DNA of 64,000 nt from Polyangiaceae bacterium (GCA_965222375.1 CBDCTZ010000016.1:3200001-3264000), one strand, 5' to 3'. Positions 47,980 to 58,384 are shown, numbered from the stretch's first letter. Notes: generated by a model from the sequence alone, not told the origin. A program made the numbers and translations.

Positions 47980-48380
47980 TTGCCGACCGCTTGCTGCTGC
48001 ATGTTCGGCGCCTTGTTTCGGGGGCGGAAGGGTGCGGCCTTGGTGCCGGGGAAGAACTCCGGCTCCGGCGCGCTCTTCTTCTTCGCGGGTGGAGGTGGTG
48101 GCTGCGCTGGAGCGTAGGTCGCCGCGGGCGCGGGCGCTTTCGTCGTTGCTGGTGGCGGATTGTTCCAAGTGCTCGGCGGTGGCCCCTCCTTGTTTGCTGC
48201 GCCGGGTACCACTGCCCGTTCCGGGGCGACGGTCGTCTTGGAGCTCTCGGCTTCCGCCGAACACCCGCCAGTTCCTCGCACAACCAGCAAGCCAAGGGCG
48301 CCAACGGCCAGACCCAGCGCGCCGATCCGCGCTGCGAGGGGAGTTTTCGAGCTTTCTTTGGTTTCTTCAGACGGATCCAT
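47976..48380 (-). CDS. Small Pro-rich membrane-anchored hypothetical protein
   Basis: Single TM then Cys; C-terminal FFPGTKAAP; coupled to the desaturase gene. Confidence 0.65.
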   Translation of the reverse strand: MDPSEETKESSKTPLAARIGALGLAVGALGLLVVRGTGGCSAEAESSKTTVAPERAVVPGAANKEGPPPSTWNNPPPATTKAPAPAATYAPAQPPPPPAKKKSAPEPEFFPGTKAAPFRPRNKAPNMQQQAVGK

Positions 48381-48652
48381 CCCAGGCCTCCTGAGGCGCG
48401 AGAGCGCAGTTTCGACCTGCGCCACAGAGGTGCATCGCCCGAGGCGGACGGATCGTGACAGCCGCCTTACGCTTTTCTTTTGTTTGGATGTGCCGGCTCA
48501 GCCCGTCATCGGCACCTCGCGCGGAGCGAATGCCCGCGAGCTTGCTCTGCGGCTAGGGGTTGCAGGTGGGCCACCGCCGCTGCCCAGCTGAGCGCTTGTG
48601 GAGAAACCCGGTTGCCATGCGCCGACTATAGCGCCCGAGCGGCGCGCGCCAT

Positions 48653-49087
48653 CTACAGCCAGGCGTTGAAGACCACGGTGAGCACGCTCGCGGCGAAGAA
48701 GACGATGCTGGCGGCCACGCCCAAGAACAGAAACATCAACGGTTCTTGAGAGTCTCGCCACAATTCGCCGTGGATCTCGCGCCGAGCCCACTGGGGGCGC
48801 TCCGGATGGTAGCGGACCTGCACCACGTCTCCCACCGTCGCTGGCGCCTGCGCCTGGGTGACGATGGCGTAGTCGTTGCTGCCCACTCGATACGCCAGGC
48901 GGTAGTCGAAGCCATCGCCGCCGGTATCGACTTCTTCGACGACGCGCGCGTTGGTGACGACCCCCTCTGCGACGAGCCTTGCGTCTTTGCGACGCAGCTT
49001 GCGCGTCGCGAAGCCAGCGGCCACCGACAGTAGCGCGCTCATCAGAAAGAGCGCTGAGCAGATCCAGGTCAAGGCGTTGATCCCCAC
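48653..49087 (-). CDS. DUF3592-like membrane protein
   Basis: TM, GVVTNARVV...VGDVVQVRYHPERP, TM. Confidence 0.8.
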   Translation of the reverse strand: MGINALTWICSALFLMSALLSVAAGFATRKLRRKDARLVAEGVVTNARVVEEVDTGGDGFDYRLAYRVGSNDYAIVTQAQAPATVGDVVQVRYHPERPQWARREIHGELWRDSQEPLMFLFLGVAASIVFFAASVLTVVFNAWL

Positions 49088-49427
49088 GGCAGGCTCGCTT
49101 CAGCATGGAGCTTAGATCGAGATGCGCATCAGTCCCAAGCGCCTTACGCGCGCCACTAAGAACGTGGCTGCAGGCACAGGTCAAGCTGCCCCGCGGGCGC
49201 CGCGAAGAACTCCCGATGACGGCAGCAGTGCTACATCCAACAAAAGAAGCGAGATCAGCGAGGGGTCGTCACCTTCAAGAGCCGGCATGCCTGTTTGCTC
49301 CGCTGAGCCAGCACAAAACCGCGCTGAATTGGGGAACGTTGCTCGCGGGTGGCTGGGTCTGCAAAGATCATGAGGTTGGGGCCTCTTGTCAGAGATGTCC
49401 TTTCTTCGCCTCCGAAAAGGCGCACCC

Positions 49428-51707
49428 ATGGCAGACGCGAGCCACTCCTCCGAACAACCTGGGCCCAGCCGTGACGAGCCCGTGGGCTGTCTCTCGGAGA
49501 GCGTGCTCTTGTCCCTCGCTGAAGGACAGCTTAGCGGCGTCGAGCGCAGGCGCGCCAATGCTCATGTGGATGGCTGTGACGAATGCCGAATCGTGCTCGC
49601 GGCGCTGGTGCGCGCCTCGCTGCCCCACGACGAGCCGACCGTCGACTTGGGCAAGGACGGCAAGCCCCAGGACGATGCCCCCGAACGCCTGGAAGTGACG
49701 CGGGTAGTATCGGTGGTCGCGGGTGCGCGGCTGACCGTGACGCGGCGAGCTCGGACGGACACGACGCATTTCGCTACCTGGATTTCCCAAGAGACGGCTC
49801 AAGAGCGTGGCGAGGCGGTCCGAGAGTTGGTCAAGCGCTTGGTGACGTTGGATCACCCCAGCCTGGAGCGGGTCAGCGGCTGCTTGGAGCACGCGGGGCA
49901 GCTCGTGATCTTGTCCGAGTTCTTCGAAGGCGACACCGCGGCGTCGCTGCTCGAAGACGATGAGCTGCCCAGCTCCTGGGTACGGGAGGTCACGATTCAG
50001 CTCGTGAATGCCTTGGCCACGGCGCATCAAGCGCACGTGGTGCATGGGTCGCTGACACCGGATGACGTCTACGTCGACCCCACGGGGCATGCCACGGTGC
50101 TGGGCTTCGGTGTGCGCTACGCCATCACGCCCGAGGCCGTGCCCCTCGAAGTGGCGCGGCGCGCGGACGTGTTCGCGGTGAGCTCGCTGTGTTTGGCGCT
50201 CTTAGACAAGACCGGCGACAACGACTCGCCGTTGCGCACTGTGTTCAAACGCGCCAAGGCCGACGAGAAGCGCTACCCGACGGGGGGACAGCTCGAGCAG
50301 GCCGTGCGGGGCGTGTTCGATCGGGCTCTCGAGCTGTGGGGTGGGCGCGCTCACAAGATCATTGAAGATTGGATCCCGGCCCCGGGGCAGATCATCGGTG
50401 GCCGCTATCGCGTCGAGGGACTCGTCGGCAGTGGCGGCATGGGGGTCGTGATCACCGCGATTCAGCAAGATCTCGGGCGTCGGGTTGCGATCAAGTTGCT
50501 GCCGCCGCGAGCGGCCAAGAAGCGCTCAGCGGTCGAGCGCTTCGAGCGTGAAGCTCGCGCGGCTTCGGCGGTGCAGAATGAGCACGTCGTGCAGATCTAC
50601 GATGTGGGCCGCCTCGACAACGGCACGCCCTACATCGTGATGGAGCACCTGGTGGGTGCGACCCTGGCCCGGCTTCTGGGTCGCAGCGGGCCGCTGCCCT
50701 TGGAGCGCGCGCTGACCTACATCCTGCAAGCCTGCGTCGGCGTTGCGGCGAGCCACGCCCGCGGCGTGATTCACCGCGACATCAAGCCCGACAACATCAT
50801 GGTGCTGGAGCGTGCTGGCCAACGCGGCTTCGTCAAAGTGTTGGACTTCGGGATCTCCAAGGCTGATTTGGAAACCGAGCTGCGGGACTCGGAGAGCCTC
50901 ACAGGGTCCATGGACGTGCTCGGCACGCCCACCTACATGGCCCCGGAGCAAATCCGCAGTTCCAAAACCGTTGACGCACGCGCGGACATTTGGGCGCTCG
51001 GAGTCGTATTGTTCGAAGTGTTGACCGGGCGCCCTCCCTTCGTGGCTGCCAACCTACCAGCGCTGTCCGCTGGGATCGTTCGCGACGAACCGATGCGCCC
51101 GACGGAACTGCGGCCGGACTTGCCCGTCGGACTCGAGCGCGTGATTCTGCAGTGTCTGAGCAAGAAGCCCGAAGAGCGCCCGGCGAATCTGGTCGTGCTA
51201 GCCGAGCAACTCGAAGCTTTCGCGCCGCCGGGTGTGGCCGGTTGGGTCGATAACATTCGCGGCCTGCTTGCGCCGGATAGTCTGCCGCCGACAGGCGAGG
51301 GGCTGCCATCCCGGCCCTCGCATCTACCGCCGGCACCCGCCGTGCCTTCCTTCGTGCCGCCAGTGGATCTGGCGCCACCGACGCCGACCCTCGGCGACAC
51401 CCTGCAGCGCTATCTGCGTCGTCGAAAGCGCTGGCAACTCGTGCTCGCGGGCGTTGTCGCCATCATGGTCGTGGCTTTTGGTATCGCTCTGGTGACTGCG
51501 CCGAGCGATGAGGTCGCCGAGGTGGAAGCTGCGCCATCGGCGTCGGTGGCGGGTGGGCGCGCGGTCGGCGTGTCCTCGGTGGTCGGCGCTGCTCCGACCC
51601 TGGCGCCATCTGCCGGCAGCCCTTCGCTTGAGAAAAAACCGGCGAAACCCAGTAAAGGCGGACGGCGTTGGGGGCCCTCCCAGGGGCCGCTGGATACCCG
51701 CTACTAG
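49428..51707 (+). CDS. Ser/Thr protein kinase with N-terminal zf-HC2 and a degenerate kinase domain
   Basis: HVDGCDEC; pseudokinase (HGSLTPDD, LGFG); intact kinase GSGGMG, VAIK, HRDIKPDN, DFG, APE; TM. Confidence 0.93.
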   Translation: MADASHSSEQPGPSRDEPVGCLSESVLLSLAEGQLSGVERRRANAHVDGCDECRIVLAALVRASLPHDEPTVDLGKDGKPQDDAPERLEVTRVVSVVAGARLTVTRRARTDTTHFATWISQETAQERGEAVRELVKRLVTLDHPSLERVSGCLEHAGQLVILSEFFEGDTAASLLEDDELPSSWVREVTIQLVNALATAHQAHVVHGSLTPDDVYVDPTGHATVLGFGVRYAITPEAVPLEVARRADVFAVSSLCLALLDKTGDNDSPLRTVFKRAKADEKRYPTGGQLEQAVRGVFDRALELWGGRAHKIIEDWIPAPGQIIGGRYRVEGLVGSGGMGVVITAIQQDLGRRVAIKLLPPRAAKKRSAVERFEREARAASAVQNEHVVQIYDVGRLDNGTPYIVMEHLVGATLARLLGRSGPLPLERALTYILQACVGVAASHARGVIHRDIKPDNIMVLERAGQRGFVKVLDFGISKADLETELRDSESLTGSMDVLGTPTYMAPEQIRSSKTVDARADIWALGVVLFEVLTGRPPFVAANLPALSAGIVRDEPMRPTELRPDLPVGLERVILQCLSKKPEERPANLVVLAEQLEAFAPPGVAGWVDNIRGLLAPDSLPPTGEGLPSRPSHLPPAPAVPSFVPPVDLAPPTPTLGDTLQRYLRRRKRWQLVLAGVVAIMVVAFGIALVTAPSDEVAEVEAAPSASVAGGRAVGVSSVVGAAPTLAPSAGSPSLEKKPAKPSKGGRRWGPSQGPLDTRY

Positions 51708-51746
51708 GGCCGAGGAACGGGAAAACTCGATCGCGACGGCCCAGCC

Positions 51747-52679
51747 GTGACAACCTTCGCTTGGCGTATGACTGGCCCAGCGCTCGGCCCCTTTTTCGAC
51801 CACGGTGTTCCCGCTAGTTGGCAGCCGGAGGTTCGAGCTCAGGTGGCGCCTATGCTGGAGGCGACTCTGGCGAACGTGTCCGTCCAGCACGCGGGCCTGG
51901 GTGAGCGACGAAGCGAGTTTCTGCGGTTTGCCGCGGAGCGCTTCGCCGAAACCGATGACCCGGTCGCAGCGATCAGGAGTCTGCGCTTGGAGGAACTGTG
52001 GCTGTGTTTTGCCGCTCTGTCCGGCGAAGCGGAGTCGGTCGCTGAGCTCGAGAAGATGTTCAGCGCCGAGGCGGAGGTCGGTCTCCGTCGCCTGAGCCTG
52101 TCGCGGACGGCCAAGGAGGAAGCCGTTCAGCGGGCACGGGTGAAGCTCTTTGTCGGCGAGCCAGAGCGCAGCCCGAAGCTGGCGCAGTATTCCGGACACG
52201 GCAGCTTGGCGGGCTGGATGCGAGTGGTGGTCGTGCGCACGGCCCTCAACGCTCAGCGGGGCGAGCGGCGGCATGCGCCGCGGGACGACGATGTGCTCGC
52301 TTCTCGGATTGCCGACGATGCTCGAGATCCGGAACTCGAAATCATCAAGGCACGCTACGCATCGGCACTGTCCGAGGCCGTGGCGGCCGCCTTTCGCCGC
52401 TTGACCAGTGAACAGCGCAATCTATTGCGCATGTACGTGATCGACCGCCTCACCTTGACCGAGCTGTCGCAAATCAACAATGTGGATGCCTCCACGATCT
52501 CGCGTTGGCTGGCGAAGATCCGCGCCAAGCTGCTCGAGGAGGCGCAGAGCCACCTGATCGAGCGCCATGCCATGCGGCCCTCGGAGTGCGAGAGCCTGTT
52601 TCGGGCGGTGCAGAGCAATTTCCACGTCACGGTTGAGCGGCTTTTGGTGGCGGAGCCCGAAGACCAAGTGGAAGATTGA
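51747..52679 (+). CDS. Myxobacterial-type kinase-associated ECF sigma factor
   Basis: KLAQYSGHGSLAGWMRVVVVRTAL, DPELEIIKARY, VDASTISRWL. Confidence 0.85.
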   Translation: MTTFAWRMTGPALGPFFDHGVPASWQPEVRAQVAPMLEATLANVSVQHAGLGERRSEFLRFAAERFAETDDPVAAIRSLRLEELWLCFAALSGEAESVAELEKMFSAEAEVGLRRLSLSRTAKEEAVQRARVKLFVGEPERSPKLAQYSGHGSLAGWMRVVVVRTALNAQRGERRHAPRDDDVLASRIADDARDPELEIIKARYASALSEAVAAAFRRLTSEQRNLLRMYVIDRLTLTELSQINNVDASTISRWLAKIRAKLLEEAQSHLIERHAMRPSECESLFRAVQSNFHVTVERLLVAEPEDQVED

Positions 52680-52828
52680 AGTCGGCCTCAGACCGGCTGA
52701 TTTCGCGAAAAACGACCAAGCTGGGCGCCGAATCGGCCCGCGGGTCGCATTTCCATGCAAGCGATGGCGTCAGGGCGTGTCCGCAAACTGAGTGCGGGTG
52801 ATCTCCGCGCGCCGTGTTTCAGGTCGCC

Positions 52829-54199
52829 ATGCCCTTTGTCTCGAAATACCGAGTTGCTGTCGCGGTTTCACTGCTCGTCTTGGCGGCGGCGCCCCTGGCT
52901 CAGGCCTCGGAGCCCCAAGCAATCTACGGCGGCAACAAAGTCCAGCCCTGCGCCTGGCCCACCACGGTTTCCATCGGCGGATGCACCGGTACCCTGGTGC
53001 ATCCGGAGGTGGTCGTGTTTGCGGCCCACTGCCTGGAGGGCGGCAGCCCCGGCAGCGTCCGATTCGGGGACAACCTGAACTCCCCTGCGTTTTCCCGTTC
53101 GACCACCACCTGCAAGGCCGACCCGAAGTACTACAGCTCGAGCGGGCATGACGTCGCGTTTTGCCGGCTCTCCAAGCCGGTCACTACGGTGCCGATCGTT
53201 CCCATACTGATGGGCTGCGAAACCCAGGCACTCACCCCCGGCGCGCAGGTCACCGCCGTCGGCTTCGGACAGGCCAACGACAACCTCGGCTGGGGGCCGA
53301 AGCGCCAGGTGACGATGCAGATCAACTCGATCAAGAACGGCGAGGCGTTCATCGGTGGCAATGGCAAGGACACTTGCTATGGCGATTCCGGCGGCCCGGT
53401 CTACATCCGCATGAAAGACGGGAGCTGGCGCGTGTTCGGCATCACGTCCTACGGCGAGTACTGCGGTGGCGGCGGCTACTACTCGATGATGCACACGGCC
53501 ATTGCTTGGCTCGAGCAGAACTCCGGCGTGGATCTGACGCCGTGTCACCAAGGTGGCGCTTGGAGTCCGACCGCGGGCTGTTCCGAATTCCCCATGGACC
53601 CCGGTGCCAGCAACAGCAACTGGCAAAACGGTTGCAAGGGGCAGCTCTCGGGTCCCTCGGCGACTTGTGGTGCCCCCTTCGGCGGCGGGGGCACGTCATC
53701 AGGCGGGGGCCCAGGTGCGGGCGGCGTTGGCTCCGGTAGCGGCGCGGGCGGGCCCGGCTCTGGCGGCTTTGGCGCCGGGAGCTCTGGCGGTGGCAACACG
53801 CCCGGCGGTGGGAACCCCGGTTCGGGTGGCTTTCCGAGTGGGGGCGGGGACACGGGTTTCGGCGGCACGCCCGGAGCAAGCGGCGGCGGCCCCGGTGGTC
53901 CCAACTTGAGCTACCCCGGTTGTTCCCTTGCGCCGGACTGCAGCGCCTGCGCGAGCTGTGACGATCGCTGCCGCTGCGCGACGGGTGACGCCGTGGCCTG
54001 CGCCGCAGCCTGTACGCCCTACGGCGGTGGCTCCAACACGTCCGCTTCCGGCGGCTCTACGGGGCTCTCGGCCCCCGAGGAGCAAACCGTGACCGGTTGC
54101 TCCCTCAGCTCTCCCAGCGGCCGTCGCGGCGGCTGGTTCGCGTTGATTTTCTTAGCGGCGCTCGCCACTCGGCGTCGACAAAACCGAGGACCAAGATAA
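52829..54199 (+). CDS. Trypsin-like S1 protease with MYXO-CTERM-like sorting tail
   Basis: IYGG, AAHC, HDVA, GDSGGP; C-terminal GC...hydrophobic...RRR. Confidence 0.93.
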   Translation: MPFVSKYRVAVAVSLLVLAAAPLAQASEPQAIYGGNKVQPCAWPTTVSIGGCTGTLVHPEVVVFAAHCLEGGSPGSVRFGDNLNSPAFSRSTTTCKADPKYYSSSGHDVAFCRLSKPVTTVPIVPILMGCETQALTPGAQVTAVGFGQANDNLGWGPKRQVTMQINSIKNGEAFIGGNGKDTCYGDSGGPVYIRMKDGSWRVFGITSYGEYCGGGGYYSMMHTAIAWLEQNSGVDLTPCHQGGAWSPTAGCSEFPMDPGASNSNWQNGCKGQLSGPSATCGAPFGGGGTSSGGGPGAGGVGSGSGAGGPGSGGFGAGSSGGGNTPGGGNPGSGGFPSGGGDTGFGGTPGASGGGPGGPNLSYPGCSLAPDCSACASCDDRCRCATGDAVACAAACTPYGGGSNTSASGGSTGLSAPEEQTVTGCSLSSPSGRRGGWFALIFLAALATRRRQNRGPR

Positions 54200-55929
54200 T
54201 GCCAACGCCCTGCACCGAACCCACTTTCACTGGCAGCGTGGTTCTGCTCGACCCGTCGGCGGATGCCGGGCCGCAGAACGAACCGAACAGCACGCTGACG
54301 GGAAGCGTCGTCTTCCTCGATCCAGACGACGTGAAAAATGAACCGAGCAGCACGCTGACGGGGAGCGTCGTCTTTCCCGAGCCCGACATCGACGCCGAAT
54401 CCAATTCGACCCTCACGGGCTGCATGAAGTTCAGCGACGACGATCTGGAGGTGGAGGATCTCTCCATGTCCTACATCGTGCCCGCCGAGTATGACTCCGA
54501 GTCCGGCCTGGAGACCGTGGTGAGCGGCCCGCCCGACGGCATTCAACCCGTCAGCGAGGAACCCCGGGAGGAAACCACGGGCGTCGTGGATTGCGTTCCG
54601 GAAGACGACGAAAGCGAAGAGACTCTCAAGCACGACAGCTCACCACCCAAACCCAGGTGGCATGCGGTGCCGGCGCCCTGTCCCCCGCCGGTCGCGAAGA
54701 AGCCAGCATTGCGGCTGCTGCCGCCCGTCTCTCCCCGGCCGCGGGTGTCGCCCCTGCCGCCGGTGGCACCGGTGCCGCGAACATCGCCGTTGCCACCGGT
54801 CCCGCGCTTCGAAGCTGCCGGCGCGCTACCTCGCTCCAGCCGTGAGGATGTGTCGGCGCAGCGCGGGGCGACCGTGTCGGGCGCGAAGCAAGCGTCCCTC
54901 ATGCCCGCAGTCCCACGGCTGTCATCGCTGCCCCCACCACCTCGCATTCCCCACGGATTGTTTTCACGGGCTCCGGCCAACTCCCCGCCCCCCACGCGAG
55001 TCGGGCTATCCGAGTGCAGCGCGACGCGAGAGTTGCCGGCGGCCAAACCCGACCAAAGCGAAGCGGACGCCGTGACCACGCCCGGACGTCGGGCACCCGC
55101 GAGCGAGCAAGTGCGCTTGCGTGCCACGCCCTCGGGCTGGGAGGATCCGTCCGCTGACGACCGAGACAGCGTGGTGCCTGTGGTCGGACGGGCTTCGCGC
55201 CGACCGACCAAGCGCCGCAATTGGTGGGCCCTCGGGATCGCCGCGGGCGCCCTCTGCGCCGTAACGGTGTTCCTATTCGGCTTCTTGGTCATGGAAGCCC
55301 GTGCACGCGCTACACAGGCTGCGGAAACTCCCGCGTTGATCGTGACCGTGGCTAGGGTTGGCGGTTTCCGTGTCGCAGACGTGTCGGTCTTCATCGACGG
55401 CAGTCGACAGTGCGAAGCGGCGCCCTGTGTCGTATCGACCTTGAGCCCGGGGTTTCACTTCATCACCGTGGGTGCTCCCGGACATGTCGCTCCGGCTCCT
55501 CGCGCCATTCGCATCCTGGAAGGCGAGACCACGAATCTCCACTTCGATCTGATGCCGGAAAAGGCAGCCGCGAAAGCCGCGGCCGCGTCCATCGACGTAT
55601 CCGCGCTTCCGACCGAAGCCACGCTCCCGGCGCTTCCAGTGGCAGCTGCGACGGCACCCACCGCGCAAGCTCCGGTGGCGGCGCCTGAGCCAGCTGCACC
55701 AGCACCCGCGCCCAAGCCGGCGATCAAGTTCGGGTACTTGAACTTCAATTCGATCCCCGTGAGCAACGTGGTCGTGGACGGGCGGCCCATCGGCACAACG
55801 CCGAAGACCTCCGTGCGAGTGCGTGCGGGCAAACACAGCGTCGTGTTCGTGCACTCCGAGCACGGCCGACGCGCCCAGAGCGTCTTCGTCGCTCCCGGGG
55901 CCCGACGCACCGTTGCCGTGCGCTTTTGA
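54199..55929 (+). CDS. PEGA-domain membrane protein with N-terminal repeats
   Basis: TAATG overlap; 4 N-terminal repeats, Pro-rich region, TM, two PEGA-like domains (LNFNSIP..VVDGRPIGTTP). Confidence 0.85.
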   Translation: MPTPCTEPTFTGSVVLLDPSADAGPQNEPNSTLTGSVVFLDPDDVKNEPSSTLTGSVVFPEPDIDAESNSTLTGCMKFSDDDLEVEDLSMSYIVPAEYDSESGLETVVSGPPDGIQPVSEEPREETTGVVDCVPEDDESEETLKHDSSPPKPRWHAVPAPCPPPVAKKPALRLLPPVSPRPRVSPLPPVAPVPRTSPLPPVPRFEAAGALPRSSREDVSAQRGATVSGAKQASLMPAVPRLSSLPPPPRIPHGLFSRAPANSPPPTRVGLSECSATRELPAAKPDQSEADAVTTPGRRAPASEQVRLRATPSGWEDPSADDRDSVVPVVGRASRRPTKRRNWWALGIAAGALCAVTVFLFGFLVMEARARATQAAETPALIVTVARVGGFRVADVSVFIDGSRQCEAAPCVVSTLSPGFHFITVGAPGHVAPAPRAIRILEGETTNLHFDLMPEKAAAKAAAASIDVSALPTEATLPALPVAAATAPTAQAPVAAPEPAAPAPAPKPAIKFGYLNFNSIPVSNVVVDGRPIGTTPKTSVRVRAGKHSVVFVHSEHGRRAQSVFVAPGARRTVAVRF

Positions 55930-55941
55930 GAGGAAGCCGCC

Positions 55942-57411
55942 GTGCAACTTCGAAAACTCTTGTTGCTCTTCTTCGCGGCTGCGCCTTTGGCGTGTGCCGC
56001 GAGCACCTCCGATGATGACGGAGGGTTGGGCGTCGGCGCAGCTGCTGGGACTGCGGGCGCGATTGGCTCGGCAACCTGCACACCCGCCGCCGGGTGTCAG
56101 AACTGCGGTTCGTGTTTCGAGCGTTGCTTCTGCGCCACGGGCCAAACCGACAAGTGCGTGAACGCCTGCGTCGGGTCGGGCGTTGGCGGTGGTTCGAGTG
56201 GTGGCGGAGGAAACGTCGGCGGCAGTGGCGCCGGTACGAGCAGCGGCGGCACGCCGAACACCGGGGGTACGCCGAGCAGCGGTGGTGCCAGTAGCGGCGG
56301 CACTCCGGGGAGCGGTGGAACGAGCGGTGGCGGCAATACAGGTGGCGGCAACACGGGTGGTGGCGGTGGCACGCCGAGTGGCGCGTGCTGCACGCCAACG
56401 CCGGGGACGCCGGGTTGCGGTATCACCACGATCTCCGCCTGCGTCTGTGCCAAAGATGCCTACTGCTGCAACACCGAGTGGGATCAAGTCTGCGTCAACG
56501 AAGTCGACTCCTTCGGCTGTGGCAGCTGCGTCGGCGGCGGTTCCGGCGGCACTACGAACACCGGCGGCACCACCGGCAGTGGTGGCTCGACGAGTACCGG
56601 CGGTACACCTGGAAGCGGAGGTACGACAAGTACCGGCGGCACGACTGGAAGCGGCGGGTTCACCGCGGGCTCGGTCACTTGGATCGACTGGCCAGCGCAA
56701 CACAGTCAGTCCAACAGTGGCTGGAGCTCATACATGACGGACGTGATCCGGCACCTGCCCACTTCCTACGGCAGCACCTACTACGACGCCGACAAGGTCA
56801 CTTACGTGCACGAGACCACCCACGGCATCAACTCGCACTTGCGCAACTACAAGAACACGACCGGCAAGAAGGCCAATGGCTTCTACGTTGGCCACAACAA
56901 GGGCGTCATCATCGTCGAGCCGAACATCTGGAAGAACGATGCCAACGCCTACGTGCCCCAGAGCCTCAGGGACACACGCTACAGCCTGTACATGCAAGGC
57001 TCTCAGGCCTGGAACGACACGCCCCTGTACCTCTGGGATGAGTGGGTCGCCTACGCGAACGGGACGGAAGCTGGCTTGAACTTGGTCCTGGAGGGCAAGT
57101 GGACTGCCGGCTGGCGGGACGTCTTCGGTTCCATGGAGTTCACGGTGTATGCCGTAGCGCTGGCCATGGCAGTCGAAGCCAAGGATCCGAGCTACTTCTC
57201 TTCCTACGCGCAGTTTCGCGAGTTCCTGAAGTGGAACATCGAGCGTTGTATGCGTCTGTACAACGACACCCACAACCGCACCGAATTCAAGTGGAACAAG
57301 GTGGACGACTACTACAACAAGATCCGCACCAACTCCGACGCCGCGAACATGCGCGCATTCCTGGTGAAAACCTACGGAGCGACCTGGACGAAAAACGTCA
57401 TGGGGTTTTGA
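55942..57411 (+). CDS. Gly/Cys-rich lipoprotein with a C-terminal zincin-like domain
   Basis: PLAC lipobox; HETTH; downstream DEWVAY. Confidence 0.85.
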   Translation: MQLRKLLLLFFAAAPLACAASTSDDDGGLGVGAAAGTAGAIGSATCTPAAGCQNCGSCFERCFCATGQTDKCVNACVGSGVGGGSSGGGGNVGGSGAGTSSGGTPNTGGTPSSGGASSGGTPGSGGTSGGGNTGGGNTGGGGGTPSGACCTPTPGTPGCGITTISACVCAKDAYCCNTEWDQVCVNEVDSFGCGSCVGGGSGGTTNTGGTTGSGGSTSTGGTPGSGGTTSTGGTTGSGGFTAGSVTWIDWPAQHSQSNSGWSSYMTDVIRHLPTSYGSTYYDADKVTYVHETTHGINSHLRNYKNTTGKKANGFYVGHNKGVIIVEPNIWKNDANAYVPQSLRDTRYSLYMQGSQAWNDTPLYLWDEWVAYANGTEAGLNLVLEGKWTAGWRDVFGSMEFTVYAVALAMAVEAKDPSYFSSYAQFREFLKWNIERCMRLYNDTHNRTEFKWNKVDDYYNKIRTNSDAANMRAFLVKTYGATWTKNVMGF

Positions 57412-57479
57412 CTGAGCCCGCTCGTGCGTGCCGCCACGAACTCGTCGTCACTAGCGGTCTACGGACACGCTAGGTCTTG

Positions 57480-57728
57480 ATGTGCGTACGCGTGACCAAC
57501 GGTGGTCAGGGACCGACGTCGATCGTTTTTTCGCATGAAGCGGTAGACGAGTCTTACGCGCAATTCGACGTGATGTTCACGGCCATGCGTCGTGCGGACG
57601 AGTCCGCTCGCGCCCTCCACGGCCGAAAGGACCCGCAGAAGTGGCGGGGCTTCACCGAGAACATCGAAGAGCTGATCTGGGCGACCGAGTGGGTCCACCT
57701 GGCTCTGGCACGTCGCCCGGGCGAGTAA
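57480..57728 (+). CDS. Small hypothetical protein
   Basis: Fills the gap between genes; GC-biased third positions; no motif recognised. Confidence 0.45.
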   Translation: MCVRVTNGGQGPTSIVFSHEAVDESYAQFDVMFTAMRRADESARALHGRKDPQKWRGFTENIEELIWATEWVHLALARRPGE

Positions 57729-57787
57729 ATCAGAGTACCGACTGATAAACCGCCGACGGGGCGCCACTCACGTTGAAGGAGTCCCAC

Positions 57788-58384
57788 GTGAGACTTTCAA
57801 CTGCCCTGGTCCTTGTGCTCAGCGCCCCGCTTTTGGCTTGCTCGGAGGCGGAACCGGCTGCCGGCCCGGGCGGAAAAGGGGGACCTTGCGTGTCTGGGGA
57901 CCTGTGCAACCACGGGTTGCAGTGCGTGGGTGGCAAGTGTCAGCCCGGGCCATGGGGCATTCAGGGAACCGGGGCGGCGGGCGCTGGCGGCTCGTCTGGC
58001 GCGGGAGGCTCGGCGGCTCAGGGCGGAGCGGGCGGCGTTGGCGGCGAAGCGAGCGGTGGTACCTCGTCGGGCGGAGCATCAGCTGGGGCGCCCGGGGGCG
58101 GAGGTGTCGGCGGAGTCGTAACTGGAGGCACTTCGAGCGGAGGCGCCGCGGGCAGCGGTGGCGTGGCGAGCGGAGGCACCTCGGCGACCGGTGGCACGAC
58201 TGCGACCGGTGGCACGTCCGCGACCGGCGGAGTGACCGGGACCGGTGGAGGTGGCAATTGTGTTGGGATCCCCGCTGTCAACGGCTCGTGCAACGCGGCG
58301 TTCTGCTATTGCTCGGCGAGCGATAGTTGCTTTCCGAAAGCGCTGGCACAGGGTTGCTGCAGCGTGGCGCCGAGCTGCAAATGA
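57788..58384 (+). CDS. Gly/Cys-rich lipoprotein
   Basis: AAGGAG RBS, LLAC lipobox. Confidence 0.8.
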   Translation: MRLSTALVLVLSAPLLACSEAEPAAGPGGKGGPCVSGDLCNHGLQCVGGKCQPGPWGIQGTGAAGAGGSSGAGGSAAQGGAGGVGGEASGGTSSGGASAGAPGGGGVGGVVTGGTSSGGAAGSGGVASGGTSATGGTTATGGTSATGGVTGTGGGGNCVGIPAVNGSCNAAFCYCSASDSCFPKALAQGCCSVAPSCK

